Shown piece by piece: positions 44,957 to 47,025 of a stretch of 47,025 nt of DNA. This stretch comes from a virus (Duplodnaviria; Caudoviricetes). Numbering within the stretch: position 1 is the stretch's first letter; each line of letters starts with the position of its first letter. The translations under genes were made by a program, and so were the position numbers. The notes beneath the pieces were generated by a model that ran no database searches, had not been told where the DNA came from, and saw only the letters and a program-made list of their open reading frames with translations. The stretch is from the IMG/VR virus record IMGVR_UViG_3300030376_003142, positions 1 to 47,025 of that record; one strand, 5' to 3'.

Positions 44957-45205
44957 ATGAAACTATTAGTAACAAGAATTGAGTTTGATGTACCTGAAGA
45001 AGATGAGTATCAATTCGGGTCACTTGATGGTGCTATTTGTTATCAAAAGCAACAACAGTTAGACTCACAAACTGCTGCAATTTGCATCTGGGATGTTGAT
45101 AGTTATTCAGCACTAATTCCAAAGATTGAAAGAACAATTGGTTTCAAAGTATTAGATCTTGATTATACAGCAAATCTAATACATCCACTAACAAGTTATC
45201 TCTAA
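44957..45205 (+). CDS. Small early hypothetical protein
   Basis: MKLLVTRIEFD...IWDVD....LI.KI...GF.V...Y. Confidence 0.65.
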   Translation: MKLLVTRIEFDVPEEDEYQFGSLDGAICYQKQQQLDSQTAAICIWDVDSYSALIPKIERTIGFKVLDLDYTANLIHPLTSYL

Positions 45206-45220
45206 AGGAGGACAATTATC

Positions 45221-45448
45221 ATGTATTCAAGTGACACTTTTGGTAGAATCTTCTGGGTTGATGATAACCTAGATTTCAAATCATGCCCACTATGTGTAGA
45301 TGGGACTGGTGATTTTGATGTTGAAGATTATGTATCAGACTGGCAAGATTGGGAGGGAGTTGATATGAGTTTGCTCTTCCAAATACACAAAACTTGTTTA
45401 CATCTAAAGCAAGATCATGCTAACTCAGTATCACTTATAGGATTATAA
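45221..45448 (+). CDS. Small early hypothetical protein
   Basis: AGGAGG ribosome-binding site; FGRIFWVDD...FKSCPL.VDGTGDF. Confidence 0.7.
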   Translation: MYSSDTFGRIFWVDDNLDFKSCPLCVDGTGDFDVEDYVSDWQDWEGVDMSLLFQIHKTCLHLKQDHANSVSLIGL

Positions 45449-45669
45449 TGTCATCACTCAAATTATACACTACTGGACGTATTATTGGATCATTCTTGAT
45501 AGTAACTGCTTACTATGTTGTATTACATGTAAGCAGTTATATTGGTTCAATAATGTATCTAACTGCAAATGCAATTAGTCTCCCATTCTTTATAAGAACT
45601 AAGGGTTATGATGTGGTTATAATGTTATCATTTCTTATGGTAATATCACTTAGCAAAATTATTACATAG
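45448..45669 (+). CDS. Small three-TM membrane protein
   Basis: RIIGS.L...AY.VVLHV...G.......AISLPFFIRTK.YDVV.M..FL; hydrophobic. Confidence 0.7.
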   Translation: MSSLKLYTTGRIIGSFLIVTAYYVVLHVSSYIGSIMYLTANAISLPFFIRTKGYDVVIMLSFLMVISLSKIIT

Positions 45670-45672
45670 TGA

Positions 45673-45731
45673 GTGACAGTCTATAAACTGGCACAAGAAC
45701 CCTTTCAATTTGCCCCATTTGTGCCTATAAT
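45673..45731 (+). promoter_or_regulatory. Early-promoter element, copy 7
   Basis: GTGACAGTCTATAAACTGGCACA; TATAAT at 45726. Confidence 0.78.
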
Positions 45732-45756
45732 GAGTATAACGAATTAGAAAACAACT

Positions 45757-45960
45757 ATGAACGAATTTTTATATACAATCGAGACTCCATCCAACTTCGA
45801 GGATGGATCAATCGAAATCAATGACCTAGACAAGGCAAATGACCTTTGTTTTGACTTATCTTTAGAGCATGGATATTCATGTGTAAGATGTAACATAAGC
45901 GGTGAGATTGTCGCTGATTATGGTGATGTAATGCCACTAATTGAGGAGGGTATAGTATAA
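45757..45960 (+). CDS. Small early hypothetical protein
   Basis: DLDKANDLCFDLSLEHGYSCVR...GEIVADYG. Confidence 0.7.
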   Translation: MNEFLYTIETPSNFEDGSIEINDLDKANDLCFDLSLEHGYSCVRCNISGEIVADYGDVMPLIEEGIV

Positions 45961-46142
45961 TGAGTTGCCTACAAAATGAATCAATTCTTGAGAACATCTA
46001 TGATGAAGTTTGGGAAGAATATAGAAAGAATAACAATCTAACTTCAGATCAATTATATACATTAGAGCAGAATTCTCCTACTGGTGTTATACAATCAATA
46101 GAAGATGAAACTAATAAAAGATTTGAAGATCTTTGCCAATAA
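45960..46142 (+). CDS. Small early hypothetical protein
   Basis: GAGG ribosome-binding site, TAATG coupling; MSCLQNE.ILENIYDEV...KRFEDLCQ. Confidence 0.7.
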   Translation: MSCLQNESILENIYDEVWEEYRKNNNLTSDQLYTLEQNSPTGVIQSIEDETNKRFEDLCQ

Positions 46143-46178
46143 AGTATTACTAACTGTTCTTTCACTAACTAACAATCA

Positions 46179-46307
46179 ATGCCACAACTTACAAGAACTT
46201 ATATAATATCAAAGAATGGTATTATCAGGATGAAAGAAACATCCAAGGATAATAAATCATCAACTGAAAGTATTATCAAACCTTGGAGAACTCTCAATAA
46301 TTACTAA
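46179..46307 (+). CDS. Small hypothetical protein (42 aa, not in the track)
   Basis: MPQLTRTYIISKNGIIRMKE...KPWRTLNNY*; fills the gap between neighbours. Confidence 0.45.
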   Translation: MPQLTRTYIISKNGIIRMKETSKDNKSSTESIIKPWRTLNNY

Positions 46308-46309
46308 CA

Positions 46310-46576
46310 ATGAAACTATTCAAATCAGATGCTCCAAAGTATAAAGAATTGAATAAACCTTCACTCTATTGGAAGATACTTAGGAGACCACCTTTTGTTA
46401 GACTAACAACAATTAGAGAAGAATTGTCAAGAGTAAGTAACAACAACTGGGAGGAAATCAAAGTGGATTTAGATAAGTTTCACAAGAGATTAGCATCACA
46501 TAATATAAACAAATATCAACTGAGTTTAGATCTATTCCCAGTTGATCCCCACCCTAGAGGGGCAAAGCGGTCATAA
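46310..46576 (+). CDS. Small hypothetical protein
   Basis: GGAG upstream; 88-aa ORF ending just before promoter element copy 8. Confidence 0.6.
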   Translation: MKLFKSDAPKYKELNKPSLYWKILRRPPFVRLTTIREELSRVSNNNWEEIKVDLDKFHKRLASHNINKYQLSLDLFPVDPHPRGAKRS

Positions 46577-46586
46577 GGGTGTTCTG

Positions 46587-46645
46587 TGTGACAGTCGTCA
46601 AAGTGTCCACATTTCCCCCTATTACCCCTGATAACCCCTTATAAT
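46587..46645 (+). promoter_or_regulatory. Early-promoter element, copy 8
   Basis: TGTGACAGTCGTCAAAGTGTCCAC; TATAAT at 46640. Confidence 0.75.
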
Positions 46646-46676
46646 AGAAGAGTAAACAACCAAAGGAATCATTCAA

Positions 46677-46910
46677 ATGAATCTTAGACCAATCGCAGCA
46701 AATCAGACCGAAGTTTCTTTCCCTAACGGAACCGAGGTCTTTTTTAGTTACAAAACACCAGTTGCAGGTTATGACTCCATAACTGGTAAATTCTTCAGAA
46801 CTCGTGTAAAGTATTCAGTTACAACGACTCGTCATATCAACAAGTGGTTAGATGGCAGGGTTGCACAAGAAGTAGATCAGAAAATCATAGACAATCTTGT
46901 AGGGGGTTGA
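46677..46910 (+). CDS. Conserved small phage early protein
   Basis: AAGGA ribosome-binding site; NQTEV....G.EVFFSYKTPVA......F.T..KYS.TT.RHINKWL. Confidence 0.75.
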   Translation: MNLRPIAANQTEVSFPNGTEVFFSYKTPVAGYDSITGKFFRTRVKYSVTTTRHINKWLDGRVAQEVDQKIIDNLVGG

Positions 46911-46955
46911 ACCCATTTCTTTACAACAATCGTTCACAATCTACAAATCTAACTA

Positions 46956-47025
46956 ATGACTACAATGACAAATCACATCTACAAAAATAACATTGATCGT
47001 GAAATATTAGAGGATACATTGTTTA
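46956..47025 (+). CDS. Hypothetical protein, 3' truncated by the window
   Basis: MTTMTNHIYKNNIDREILEDTLF... is open to the end of the window. Confidence 0.4.
   Translation, partial: MTTMTNHIYKNNIDREILEDTLF

Noticed and set aside
37035-46610. Dispersed 22-24 bp repeats as a CRISPR array
   Set aside because: Copies are degenerate, about 1-2 kb apart, separated by genes and tied to -10 boxes; no cas genes
1-47025. tRNA, rRNA, integrase or transposase genes
   Set aside because: No cloverleaf with T-loop and CCA end, and no recombinase or transposase motifs were recognised

Overview
47 kb of an AT-rich T4-like marine cyanomyophage genome (Prochlorococcus/Synechococcus-phage type). In order: 3' end of gp32; two Fe(II)/2OG or cupin oxygenases; a baseplate/tail module (gp53, gp48, gp2, gp4 on minus; tube-initiator-like, gp26, gp51, lysozyme-domain protein, glycine-zipper protein, hub-like protein, cp12 and a split gp5 region on plus); large repeat-rich tail-fibre genes with a chaperone; a nucleotide-sugar island (KdsB-like, SIS/GmhA-like, HAD phosphatase); a zincin-VWA/CobS AAA+ pair; and a cluster of small putative early genes. 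Eight copies of a palindromic GTGNCAGT-N5-A(A/T)(G/C)TGKCACA-like element sit 28-30 nt before sigma70 -10 boxes in that last region. Three observations stand out. (1) A phage-encoded type II restriction-modification pair whose nuclease resembles MseI (T^TAA). (2) TTAA appears completely absent, by manual reading, from 32674 to the window end (about 14.3 kb), although it is common in the structural genes. (3) A roughly 450-nt highly base-paired non-coding element with its own promoter is apparently co-transcribed with a small KTSC-like ORF and closed by a terminator hairpin. All family calls come from motif recognition and recall; no database search was run.
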